Assembly: GCF_031769215.1 (NCBI RefSeq)
Contig: NW_026782527.1
Coordinates: 434,001 to 498,000 of the forward strand
DNA from: Ylistrum balloti
Lineage: Eukaryota
DNA length: 64,000 nucleotides
Direction of reading: 5' to 3'
Position 1 is the stretch's first letter. Each line of letters starts with the position of its first letter. The position numbers and the translations under genes are program-made. Shown here in pieces: positions 38,101 through 50,046 of this stretch. The notes below the pieces were generated by a model. The model was not told the DNA's origin. It did no database searches and worked only from the letters and a program-made list of their open reading frames with translations.

Positions 38101-41100
38101 TTTAGTTGAACATCAAACTTAAAATCATGACTTCATTTTTTTTGTGGAAATCGATAATTATGCAGTTAAGATATGATTCATCTCAGTGAACTATCAGTCC
38201 AGTGCTGTAACCCCTGTACACAGTGAACTGCAAAGATATCTGTGGGTACGAAATCTGTAAGGATTCAGAATTTATTGGGCGAGATCAAATGTGTTCAACT
38301 GCCAACTTAAGTTGGTATACTTACTGATTGACCTTACCATTAAAATGTGGTTTTTTGAATTCTTTCAATTGCTTGACATTTTTTTTTGTTTTTGTTCTTG
38401 TTTCGAATCATGCCAAGGATATATTTTTTCACCAAATAAGCAAATTTACACCAATTTTTAAGTAATTATTCCAAAATGTTGTACTATAAGTGAACAGTTG
38501 TGTAAGCACTAGCAAATTAAGAATGAAATTCTTTGGTAAGATGTTTTAAGTCTTTAACTGCTGATCTTGTTAATGTACCTTTGTAGTTTGATATGGAACA
38601 TACATTACAGTCTACAGACTCCATAACTCATTTTATCTCTATCCGTGATTATAGCATAAAAGAAAAAATTATGATAGATCAAGATATGAAACAGACATGT
38701 CTGCAAACTCTTATCTACCCTAGATAAAACAAAAAAGAATAATAAAGCTTATTTTCCGAATCGTTGCTTTAGTGGGGTTACCTACACACAGGGGGCACAA
38801 ATGGTAAACTTCACCATATGTCCGCCATTATGAAATTACCATTCTCCCTGTAATGCTATTATCACTACAACTTTGCCTTTCGGTTTTTTTGGGCTAAAAA
38901 ATCATTCTCAGGATTTTTATCCTCATATTTCGTGAAAAGAGATCAATATTTTTTCAAAATATAATTTCCAATACATTTTAAGCATTAAAGTTTTTTTTTT
39001 TTTTTATCTTCAACGTTTACCAAAATGTTTTTAAGTGGTTTATTAAATTCAAGAATCTTTGCATTATGATTTTATGTTGAAGTCTGCATCTAATATTATA
39101 TTTCTTAACTAAACTTTGAGATTAATAACAGTTAAACAAAAGCAATCTTTGATGTGCCTTGGTACAAAGCAAAATTTCATGATTTTACAAGAATTGTATT
39201 TGAGATTTTAAAAATTATTGTGGTTTTCTTAAATGTTGGATTTAATTTACCAGGTAAGTTGCTTCCTTTAATGTAATGAAAATCAAGCCTTTTTCCATGT
39301 TCTTCTTACAAACTTTATAAAGATGTAACAAGACTGATCAATTAGAACTATCAATGAACTCATAGTATTTCATTTTGCTGGAACACATACCTGCCGACTA
39401 TTACAATTTTAACATTATCATTATTATGGGGTTTTTTTTTGGATGACTTACACTGTTATGATTTTATTGATGTTTTTCTAATTAAAAAAAAATTTTTTTT
39501 TTTATTTTACCAATTTACCCGAATTTTTGCCTGGTTCGATATAAGTGTAATACAACATCCCTGAATCAAACATGTTTGGAAGGAGTACCAAATTTCACTT
39601 GACCATAGTCATTATGGTCAGGCTTGGCTTACCTGATTTGATTTATGAATGCAGTATTTTTTTCCATCATCACTACAACCTTTTACTTGATTCATTGATA
39701 AATTCAATAAAGAATTTCCTCCTGCTACCTAGCCAGAATACCTCTGTATCAAGTTTTTCAGAACTACACAGATAGCACTGGTTTCACCTTGCTATTATAA
39801 AGGTAATGGTAATTAAGAACCACTGAGAAAAATACATCAGGTAACCAGCGTGATGGGTTTATAATTTCTTAATAACTTTCTCCTGTTGTGGTATCGCCAT
39901 GACAACCTAAAATAATCTGTGGGACCTCTTTGACTGTTTGCATCTGGTAGTGATGTTGTTCTCAGCAAGAAACCATCAAAGGCTTTCTAGTTTTACCTCA
40001 TAAACCTTAACAACAACCCTGAAGGGATGAGGAACATTCAGTTTGGCTTACTGTAAAATGTTAAATGCGGGAGCTATTCAGTTGCAAGTCATTGACCAGT
40101 ATAACTTCATGGTGAGTTATGTTCTCCTGGGTAAACACTGCCTCCATTTGATGAAGGGCACCTGCCTCTAGCTTCAGAAGATTACACAATGGTAGACATT
40201 TATTGTGTGTCGTCTGCCATGCCCAATGAGCATAAAAAATCTACGAACATCTTTATATTGCTAAGTATGCAACAGAAATTGGACAAATCTGTACTCTTAC
40301 ATGCAGATGTGTGTGTGTAAGGAGTACAAGGTCTGCCAACATCTACTGAAGAACACTAGATGTTAACGTGTTTCCGCCACAGAGTATACAAGTTTTGTGG
40401 TGTAAAAATATATGCAATATTAATGACATATTGTGGACTGTTTTACCATAAACTTTAGCACGTGCTTAGACAGCGATGAGATTTCTCTGCCTGGGTTTGT
40501 TTTTTACTTTTTTTCATTCCTGCAGGAAGTGCTCCACATGCCATAGTTGGGAAGGAGAATGCCCCAGCTACACAGAAATAAACTACTAATAATTCCTATG
40601 TCACACTGGGCTAACAAGCCTGAAACCTAATTATTGCCAGCCTGTAAAAACAGCAGGAAAAAGCCCTCCTCCTGACTGATTTGGACACTAAGATGCAACT
40701 CAATGAGGAAAAAACATCATAAAAAATATATGTTTTGCCCTTGTTATAGAAGCTTTGTTCTCCAGCTTTCCTGTATTTATCTACAGGGGACTCATTTTCT
40801 CAAATGAATTTAGGTCAAGCATATTCCTCACAAACAGAGTCAGGAAACGGAAATAGAGAACAGTTCATTCTTGATGTTAACACACGTTTTATTTCAGCAC
40901 TTTTTACATTTGAAGTATTGTGCTAAAATATTATTGTGTTAATTGCTCTTTCTTTATACTGCTTTTGGAATAATTTTCATGGATGTATGAATTCATAATT
41001 TTTGGTTAATTTGCCCAAAATGTGATAATGCGCTAAAACTTTAGTGCTCAAAATCAAAATTAGGCACATTTACCATATACACTTGTTTGTGATGTCATCT

Positions 41101-41239
41101 GTGAACTTGAGATAAATCTTCATGATTTAAAGGAATTATCAAATTACAAATCAATTATTTTTCTCACAAAGTGGGTGTGGTTCCCTAATCTTTTTATATA
41201 AACTTTATTTATTTTACAACAATTGTGAAAGAAGTTATT

Positions 41240-41410
41240 TCAACTTATACTAATTACTCTTGTTGGCCCAGATATAAGTGGGCTTGTTGTGGGAGGAAAA
41301 CCCACGTGGCTGGGCAGATGACCCGATACCTTTTCACGTCCGTTTTGGGAATCGAACCCAGGATGACTAGGTGAAAGGCAAGTGCATTACCGCTGCACCA
41401 CCCGAACACC
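41240..41410 (-). mobile_element. tRNA-derived SINE (V-domain-like)
   Basis: Minus strand shows Pol III A box GGTGCAGCGGTAA and B box GGGTTCGATTCCC, followed by GGGTTTTCCTCCCACA. The acceptor and anticodon stems do not pair, so it is not a tRNA gene. Confidence 0.75.
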
Positions 41411-42106
41411 CAAATCCCAAATATTTTTTGCAGCAACCCCAACACACACATGCATCCATATGTATATTGCTACCTCTCCACCAGATGCTCATATGACTTC
41501 AGAGCAAATAATTACACTCATTGGTTTGCTACAAGAAGGGACAGAATCCTGCTAGTTTTTGATTTGACGGATCAAATTTCATTCTCCACTTTCAGATTAT
41601 AAAGCTGAACATATATTGAAACATTCTGTATGCATCATTACCCAGAAACTGTTTGGTTTTGGACATGATATGCCAAAGCTGAAGGTCACACTTATTGTTG
41701 CTAAAATTAGATCTTAAATTGTAACAGTAGTAAATGTAAGTTAAGAACATGGTCATTCAGAATTCAAATTGATGTTTGAATTTTGATTTCTTTCAGAATA
41801 TCAGAATTTAGTTTTCATGTTACTAACAAACCATTAGGCAATAAGCAATGTATAAATAATTACATAAATTTCAAACTTGATGCGAGTAAGGTGAAGCTAG
41901 GTTGTTGTGGAATGAAAGGTCAAGGCTGTTGGATTGTCAGCCATGTGTATCTTTGTTCGAGTATGAGGGTATAAAGTGAATTAATCAGGACATATCTCAA
42001 ATATGCTTGATAGACTAGACTTCAAACTTTTTGAATTAATTGAACCAGGTTTTGTCACAGTCCAGTTAGACACTACATTTATTTATGTGATGTATATAAA
42101 ATACTG

Positions 42107-42570
42107 TTTTTAGGTCATCTGTCCCGAAGGGTCATGATGACCTATAGCCATCTTGCTTCATCTGTCGTTGTCTGCCATGTGCCATCCACCATCCGCCGTG
42201 CTTAAACTTTTGACATTTCAAACTTTTTCTCAAGTTCCACCAGTGGGTTTGAGCTCAAACTTGCAAACTTGAAATGATCCTGAGATGGTTCTGACCAAGC
42301 TTTGTTGTTTATCAGGTTTGTCTGAAATTCAAGATGGCCACCATGGTCGTCATCTTGAAAAATATATTTTACACTTCTTCTCCAGTTCCACTGGTGCCAT
42401 TGAGCTAAAAATTGGAGGGAATGTTAAGGAAAGATAGCCAACAAAGTGTTGTTATTTTTTTACCTTTACAAAACTTCAATATGGCAGCCAGGGAGGCCAT
42501 TTTGTGACATGATTGCACAATCATGATATTCCTGTGCAGCAACTTTACTGTCGCAATACAGGTAACACTT
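42107..42570 (+). mobile_element. pearl/HINE-like non-autonomous element
   Basis: T-run, then the inverted repeat TAGGTCATC...GATGACCTA, a degenerate (GTCC)n-like tract and CAAGATGGCC/AATATGGCAGCC core repeats. Confidence 0.6.
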
Positions 42571-42735
42571 GTTACAGTTTCCTACTTCTCACCAAAACTA
42601 CCATCTACATCATGGAAAACAGCTTCTTAGTAAGATTTCATTCAAAGTAGAAAAAATAACCCTTCTCCCTGCTGAAAGTTTTTGTAGTCAGATGACCATT
42701 AAGGCCTGTGGGCTTCTTGTTATTGTCTATTTCAG

Positions 42736-42859
42736 GTGCTTTACTGGTGAGGAACCAATCAGCCCATGTGTTACAAAAGAGATATTTTGGTGGTGGAACA
42801 GTAGAAGTTAGTACAGCACAAGAAGACTTCAGAGTTTTCCGCCAAAGCATTTCAGACAG
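42736..42859 (+). CDS. MOCOS: MOCOS coding exon 4 (GALLVRNQSAHVLQKRYFGGGTVEVSTAQEDFRVFRQSISDR)
   Basis: Acceptor TATTTCAG|GT and donor AG|GTAAGG. GALLV and YFGGGT motifs directly continue exon 3 in phase 1. Confidence 0.95.
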
Positions 42860-42976
42860 GTAAGGAAAGCATTATTGGTGTGATTTCTTAAAACATACAA
42901 TCTCTTTCAGGGATCTAAATTCACCTTAATATAATAAAAATATACCTGTCGGCTATAACTTCAAACTGAAGTTCAC

Positions 42977-43754
42977 TTTATAGGTCACCTGAGACACAGT
43001 CTAAGGGTGACCTATTGCGAGCCCCATTTGTCTGGTGTCGTGCATCGTAAAATTTTAACATTTCATGAACCAATTTCAATGAAATTTTACAATAACCTTG
43101 CAAGGCTAAAGGTGCTCAAAATTGTACATTATATGGTTCCCAACCCTGTTAGGCCTGTGGGGCCAAAATTGTCAGTTTGATGGAAACTTCAGAAATCTTC
43201 TACACAAATCCCAGGTAGAATCAAATACCCTTCATGGATGGGAAGGCCTGCAATACACAGATAGTTTAGAACCAAAATGTATGGAAGTGCCTTATGGTGC
43301 TTTACCAAAATTGTAAATTTCATGACCCCAGTGTCTCAATTTCCCCTTGGAGAAGGGGTAAAAATTATTTTCTTTTGAAAATAATCAAAACTAGCTTAGA
43401 ATTATGAGTATAAAAAGACGGTTTGATGAGATGCACATATTATTGACCTTGGCTGACCCCCAGGGGCAGATGGGCGGGGCCACAAATAGGTCAAATTGAC
43501 TGAAATTTCAAAGATAATTGTGGGTGGAAGATTTTGTATAGGAAAATTCAATTTTTGAGTTTAATTTCTACTAATTCACTTTTGGTTAAAAGCCTTAACA
43601 TAGGACAGCAGTAAATGTCATGCACAATTTACATTTGCATTATGTTTACAATGTTGTTAAAGTTATTTTACTTTTTTTAATAAAATCTTTTCCATTACAT
43701 GTTGCAAGAAGCATTGAAACTCAATTGACCGTTTAGGCCCTAGGACCTCATGTT
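42977..43754 (+). mobile_element. pearl/HINE-like non-autonomous element, near full length
   Basis: 5' inverted repeat ATAGGTCACC...GGTGACCTAT, GGGCGGGGCC core motif, and 3' end AGGCCCTAGGACCTCATGTT resembling the family's terminal hairpin. Confidence 0.6.
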
Positions 43755-44583
43755 ATTTTCACCCTATTGACAAAGGATGAAACAGGCTACAGGTAAACTG
43801 TGGCAAAAGATACCTGAATACAGTCCTCCAAAACATACGCATTTGTTTATTGCAACCTAAATAGAATAAAAGTTAAAAAAAAAAAACATGCACTAGAAAC
43901 TGACATTTAAACTGAGGGAATCAATTGACATGTTTATTGGTATTCAATGCCTTTTTGGGAAAAACAAATTTTAAACTAGAGATTCAGAATTCAACTGGAC
44001 AATAAAAAGTAGCTCAAGTCTGAAGGATTGATTGACCTCAAAAGTCTGCCTGCAATTTTGAACTCAGAAAAATGATGTAAATTACTCGTCTGTTTGATTG
44101 TATCCCTAATAAAAGAAACATATGATAGAAATTGTTTCTCTAAAGCAAAAACATGAAATCAAAGGGACATAACTCAATTAAAATGATGCATCCCAAAAAT
44201 ATCCAGTCACACATGGTGTTAATCCAACCAGTAGATATACACAACAAAGAATGTTTGTACTTTTAAAATGATGCAAGAAGACATAATAGATGAAAGGTTG
44301 ATGGAGATGAAAGATATAATTGTGGGGCTGAGATTCTGCGAAAGTATTCCTTTGTGTCACAAGTGCTACCAATCTGATGTATCTGATCTGGAAAAGCTGA
44401 GCTAATTGGAAGCTGTGATAAGTACTCAGGTATGTGACCACCTGTGACAGAAAATCAATAATACCTTAGATTTTGTGAAGGCAAAAGACCACATTACTTG
44501 TACTACCATAGAAGTTCAAGAGATACCAGCCTTATCACAAAAGATTTGAGAAGAATCAATATGCTGGTACACAGTACAAACAG

Positions 44584-45722
44584 GATATGAACATCACTAT
44601 GAAATATGGACATCGCTACAGGGATTTGGACATCACTACAGTGATATGGACATCACTACGGAGATATGGACATCATTACAGAGATATGGGCATCACTACA
44701 TGGATATGGGCATCACTATAGGGATATGGACATCACTACAGGGATATCGACATCACTACAGAGATATGGACATCACTACAGGGATATCGACATCACTACA
44801 GAGATATGGACATCACTACAGAGATATGGACATCACTATAGGGATATGGACATCACTACAGGGATATTGACATCATTACAGAGATATGGACATAATTACA
44901 GAGATATGGACATCACTACAGAGATATGGACATCACTATAGGGATATGGACATCACTATAGGGATATCGACATCACTACAGAGATATGGACATCACTACA
45001 GAGATATGGACATAACTACAGGGATATCGACATCACTACAGGGATATCGACATCACTACAGAGATATGGACATCACTACAGGGATATGGACATCACTACA
45101 GAGATATGGACATCACTACAGAGATATTGACATCACTGCAGGGATATGGACATCACTACAGGGATATGGACATCACTACAGGGATATGGACATCACTACA
45201 GGGATATGGGCATCACTACAGGGATATCGACATCACTACAGAGATATGGACATCACTGCAGGGATATGGACATCACTACAGGGATAGGGCATCACTACAG
45301 AGATATGGACATCACTACAGGGATAGGGCATCACTACAGAGATATTGACATCACTACAGGGATATGAACATCACTACAGGGATATGGGCATCACTAAAGG
45401 GATATTGACATTACTACAGGGATATTGACCATACTATTCCAGGGATATGGACATCACTACGGGGATATGGACATCATTATAGAGATATGGTTATAGAGAT
45501 TATAGAGATATGGACATCACTCAGGAAAAGGAACATCATTACAGGGATATTGACATTATTACAGGAATATTGACATCATTACAGGAATATTGACATCATT
45601 ACAGGGATATTGACATCATTACAGGAATATTGACATCATTACAGGGATATTGACATTATTACAGGAATATTGACATCATTACAGGGATATTGACATTATT
45701 ACAGGAATATTGACATCACTGC
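44584..45722. repeat. Minisatellite, 20-bp unit GGACATCACTACAGGGATAT, about 55 copies
   Basis: Directly visible. It explains the repetitive ORFs at 44646-45367. Confidence 0.97.
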
Positions 45723-47886
45723 AAAGATCTTAATAGAAATATACTTTTAACTGACATAAATATAGTGATATTAACATCATTTTTAAAAAAAAATCACTGT
45801 GGATTGAAATCTTATATGTAAATTAAAACAATCTGACAAAAGTAGGAGCCGTCCCAAGTATTGAGTTATCTTATTGGTAAAGAAGTTCTCCTGTTGATAC
45901 ATTAATGTCAATCAAGGTTGAGAATTCACCCGTCAAATGCCTTCAGCACTTATAAGTTACTAGGTGTGTAATCTGGGCAAATCTTATTGTTCTCTTCTCA
46001 AGTGCTATCTGATTTGTGTTTTTGTCTGACGTTGTCATAAGCCATTAACATCGAGATCTGTCATTCTGCAGAGTTCTCTTGCAGCTTGGCTGCTATAAAA
46101 ATCTCTCCCCTTCACTTTGTCCAACATTTATGTGTATTTTTTGGAAGATGTTTACATGTGTCAGAGTTCCAAATTATAACATAATGATTACTTTTCCACA
46201 CATCTTATGACAGGTTATGTGTGTATCAGTTGTAAAAACAGCCCTTATACATTCTTCTCTTAGCATAATCACTTCTCATCATTGTTACTGTAAAGATTTC
46301 AAATAAAATTCTCAAGAATTACTACCCGTGAAATAGGAAAAGTCATGGTGTCCAATTAATCTTCTGGGACATTTCTGTTAGTCGTAAGGAGACACACTGC
46401 CCTTGACATTAGTCTCATGGCACTGAATCACATTCTTGAGGCAGTCACCTTTGTTTTAAGCAAAAAACAATACTCACTATTGGATTACAAAGTAATCATG
46501 AGGGATGCATTTTTTTTTTTCTTTGGTGTTTTTTTTTTTTTTTTTTCCTTTTTTTTCATTTTCTTTTTGTTTGGAAATTTTTAATTACAAAGTGAAATAG
46601 AAACATTTGTAACGTTTTTTGTGGGAAATGGTAATTTGGATTTAGCATTTGAAAAAAGTTAAAAGGAATGGAACCCATCAAAAAATTGAATCAGTTGTTG
46701 TTTGCAGTATTTCAAATAAATCCTTTTGTTGTTTGTAATTTTTTTATAACGTATCAAACTATTACATCATTATAAACTAAAATTTAACATCAATTTCAAT
46801 GTACAGCATTTTCCTTTCCGTTGATACTGAAATCAGTACAGAATCAAAAAATTAACATGCTGTATAGGTTCTTAATATTTTTCAACATGATCTGTGAAGT
46901 GAAATTGATTTCTAGAACTATGTATTACATCTGTACAGTGTTTTAAATCTGTGTAGATATATGAAATTGTTTCTTGTTTTTTTAAAATATTTTGAGTATC
47001 CATGTAGAATGTAGAGAATTGATTGAAATACTGTGAAACAATAAATCTCAAAATCTCAAACACACAAATGATACGAAGGACAAAAGAACAAGTTGTTTAA
47101 CATTACAAAGCTGGGTTTTCAGTCTTTCAATCTTTGAAATGAGAATCTCTCTCTACAGATGTTAAGTGTTATACATTTCCAGCACAGCGATGAGACTGAG
47201 TCAGCCATTCTTGTTATGACTTGTCAAAGCATTTCCTGTCTGGGAAACACGTCAGTTCTCCCCTAACTCACTCTTTGGTGAATGTCTAAGATGTTTCTTT
47301 TGCAAAGATGGAATTTACAGACAACTCATAGCTCTACGAATGCCCGGAATCAAACTGTCATCTGTTTGAACCTCTCTTGACAAAATGAGAAAGACATTTG
47401 TTTTTGGTGCTATGAAATTCCCGTGTTGCCAGACGTGGCATTGTCCCAATGGTTCCCTCTCAATACTCTTTGTTTGTGACATTTAGGTTAAGGTTCCTGC
47501 CATAAAGTGTCAGCACTGGACTTCGAAATCTCACCATGGGTACAGCTGTACTATGTGTTGGTATATAATAGGACACCAGGTGGCGCTTTTTCACCAGGAA
47601 TAAGGAATCATAAACACAAGTCACACATCATTTGAAACTCTCCCACTCTGGACCTACATGTAGTGTATAAGTTTAACATACTCAAACAAGGTTACAAGGT
47701 TTCTTGCTCTACTCTATACAGGTTTAATATTTTATACATTTATTAACTTCTGCATTTAAATTGTGAGAAAGAGGAGTTTTTTCCTTACTTTCTGCTGCCA
47801 AGCCATTTTGTTTTGAGCCAAAACATAATTTGTTTTCAGTTCTTGACAAATGACATTGACCTCTCAATAGATAGAATCTCATTCAA

Positions 47887-48488
47887 TAGGACTGCCATCT
47901 AACTACAGTATTTACCATAGGACTGCCGTTTAGCCTCTAGCTACAGTATTTACCATAGGAGTGCCGTTTAGCCTCTAACTACAGTATTTACCATAGGACT
48001 GCCGTTTAGCCTCTAACTACAGTATTTACCATAGGACTGCCGTTTAGCCTGTAGCTACAGTATTTACCATAGGACTGTCGTTTAGCCTCTAGCTACAGTA
48101 TTTACCATAGGACTGCCGTTTAGCCTCTAACTACAGTATTTACCATAGGACTGCCGTTTAGCCTCTAACTACAGTATTTACCATAGGATTGCCGTTTAGC
48201 CTCTAGCTACAGTATTTACCATAGGACTGCCGTTTAGCCTCTAACTACAGTATTTACCATAGGACTGTCGTTTAGCCTCTAGCTACAGTATTTACCATAG
48301 GACTGCCATTTAGCCTCTAACTACAACATTTACCATAGGACTGCCGTTTAGCCTCTTGCTACAGTATTTACCATAGGACTGCCATTTAGCCTCTAACTAC
48401 AGTATTTACCATAGGACTGCCGTTTAGCCTCTAACTACAGTATTTACCATAGGACTGCCATTTAGCCTCTAACTACAGTATTTACCAT
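47887..48488. repeat. Minisatellite, 38-bp unit CTACAGTATTTACCATAGGACTGCCGTTTAGCCTCTAA, about 16 copies
   Basis: Directly visible. Confidence 0.97.
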
Positions 48489-49781
48489 ACAATGAGCCCT
48501 TTGGGCAAATACATCAGATGACATTACTGGACAATGAAATATGGTTAGTTTTTAATTTTACTAAACAGCAATATATATAGAGGAATGGGCTTATAGCAGG
48601 ATATATATGGTATATTGTACCTTATTAATCCTGAAATAAGCCCGGTGGTGTAACACTTAAAGTCAGCCGTGGGTTTATAGCAGTGCAATGGTACCATCTG
48701 TTGGTACTCTTGCTGACCAGCGATAAATATTGGTGAACTTATTACCAGACATGGTGTGTTGACCGTTCTTCTCTCTTTCTTCAGGCATATCAAACTGTAG
48801 GTAGCAGCTTTCAATCATCCTGATGGTGGAGAACTTTACAGGAACGATTTACTTTGATAGAGGTCACTTCTTGACCTGAGGTTCAGAGGTCACTTTTTCT
48901 CATTTAGACCATGCCAGTGTTGGGGTGCATCAATACTTTTCATAAGCCATTGGTCATTTGGTATCAGTTATGGTAAACAATTGTTCAAATACCATAAAAA
49001 CCCACATAATATACACACCTACGTAGGTACTTTTCAGGGTTTAAGATACTGAAAAATATGCATAATGTGTGCACCCAAAATTTTAGTCAAAAACGATATC
49101 CAGTAACCAAGAAATTCATCTCAGAATGTTGAGCTAACAGTTCAGACTAACAATATGAAGTTCAAAATTTGAAAGTATTCTTTTCAAAATTTCTTTCCAT
49201 CTCACTATTTTACTTTAATTACCTTTTTCTCTTTAATTGTAAATACAATACAATTGAAGAAAAAAAATCTGGCTAATATCTGTTCACTTTTTATTTTTTT
49301 TCTTTGACATCAGACATGTTACACTATGTTGTACATTTACCCAATTAACCTAGATATATTTATGTTACACAAACAAATACTTGTTTTCACACTAGGCCTC
49401 ATCAGTGTTCAGTGCTGAAATCAGAGGTACGAGTAATCAGCTACCTATTAATGACCAGACCAGGTAATTAGGATTTCTGTACGTCATGTTTTCTTTCATG
49501 TCTCGCTGTCACACTGTGCAAACACCAGCTGACATAAATTTAGGCCCTAACTCTGTATATGCAAGCAATCAATATACAGAGCACAGAAGGTACATGTAGT
49601 CAGGCATATGTGTATTGTCAAAAGAAAAACGGCATTTCACTACACATTTTGTCAAGATAATTGTGTCACGTCCACCCATATTTATCGTGATGAACAAGTT
49701 ATTGGTAAGACTTGTATATATGCTCCGTAAACACCAATAAGACCTTTTTTAATGAATGATTAATTAAATCTGTAAGTTGAT

Positions 49782-50046
49782 GATAAGTCTTGGTCAACAC
49801 TTCGCATACTAATATGTCGGATAAGTCTTGGTCAACACTTCGCATACTGATATGTCGGATAAGTCTTGGTCAACACTTCGCATACTAATATGTCGGATAA
49901 GTCTTGGTCAACACTTCGCATACTAATATGTCGGATAAGTCTTGGTCAACACTTCGCATACTAATATGTCGGATAAGTCTTGGTCAACACTTCGCATACT
50001 AATATGTCGGATAAGTCTTGGTCAACACTTCGCATACTAATATGTC
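49782..50046. repeat. Near-perfect minisatellite, 38-bp unit GATAAGTCTTGGTCAACACTTCGCATACTAATATGTCG, 7 copies
   Basis: Directly visible, with one internal substitution in copy 2. Confidence 0.98.

Noticed and set aside
41330-41410. tRNA gene
   Set aside because: A and B boxes are present, but the acceptor and anticodon stems do not pair and a SINE body follows.
44646-45367. His/Tyr/Gly repeat protein CDS
   Set aside because: All three frames give the same periodic peptide because the unit is 20 bp. No splice or terminal context supports a gene.
49360-49410. Second hammerhead (minus strand CTGATGAGGCCTAGTGTGAAA)
   Set aside because: Helix II and helix I do not pair.
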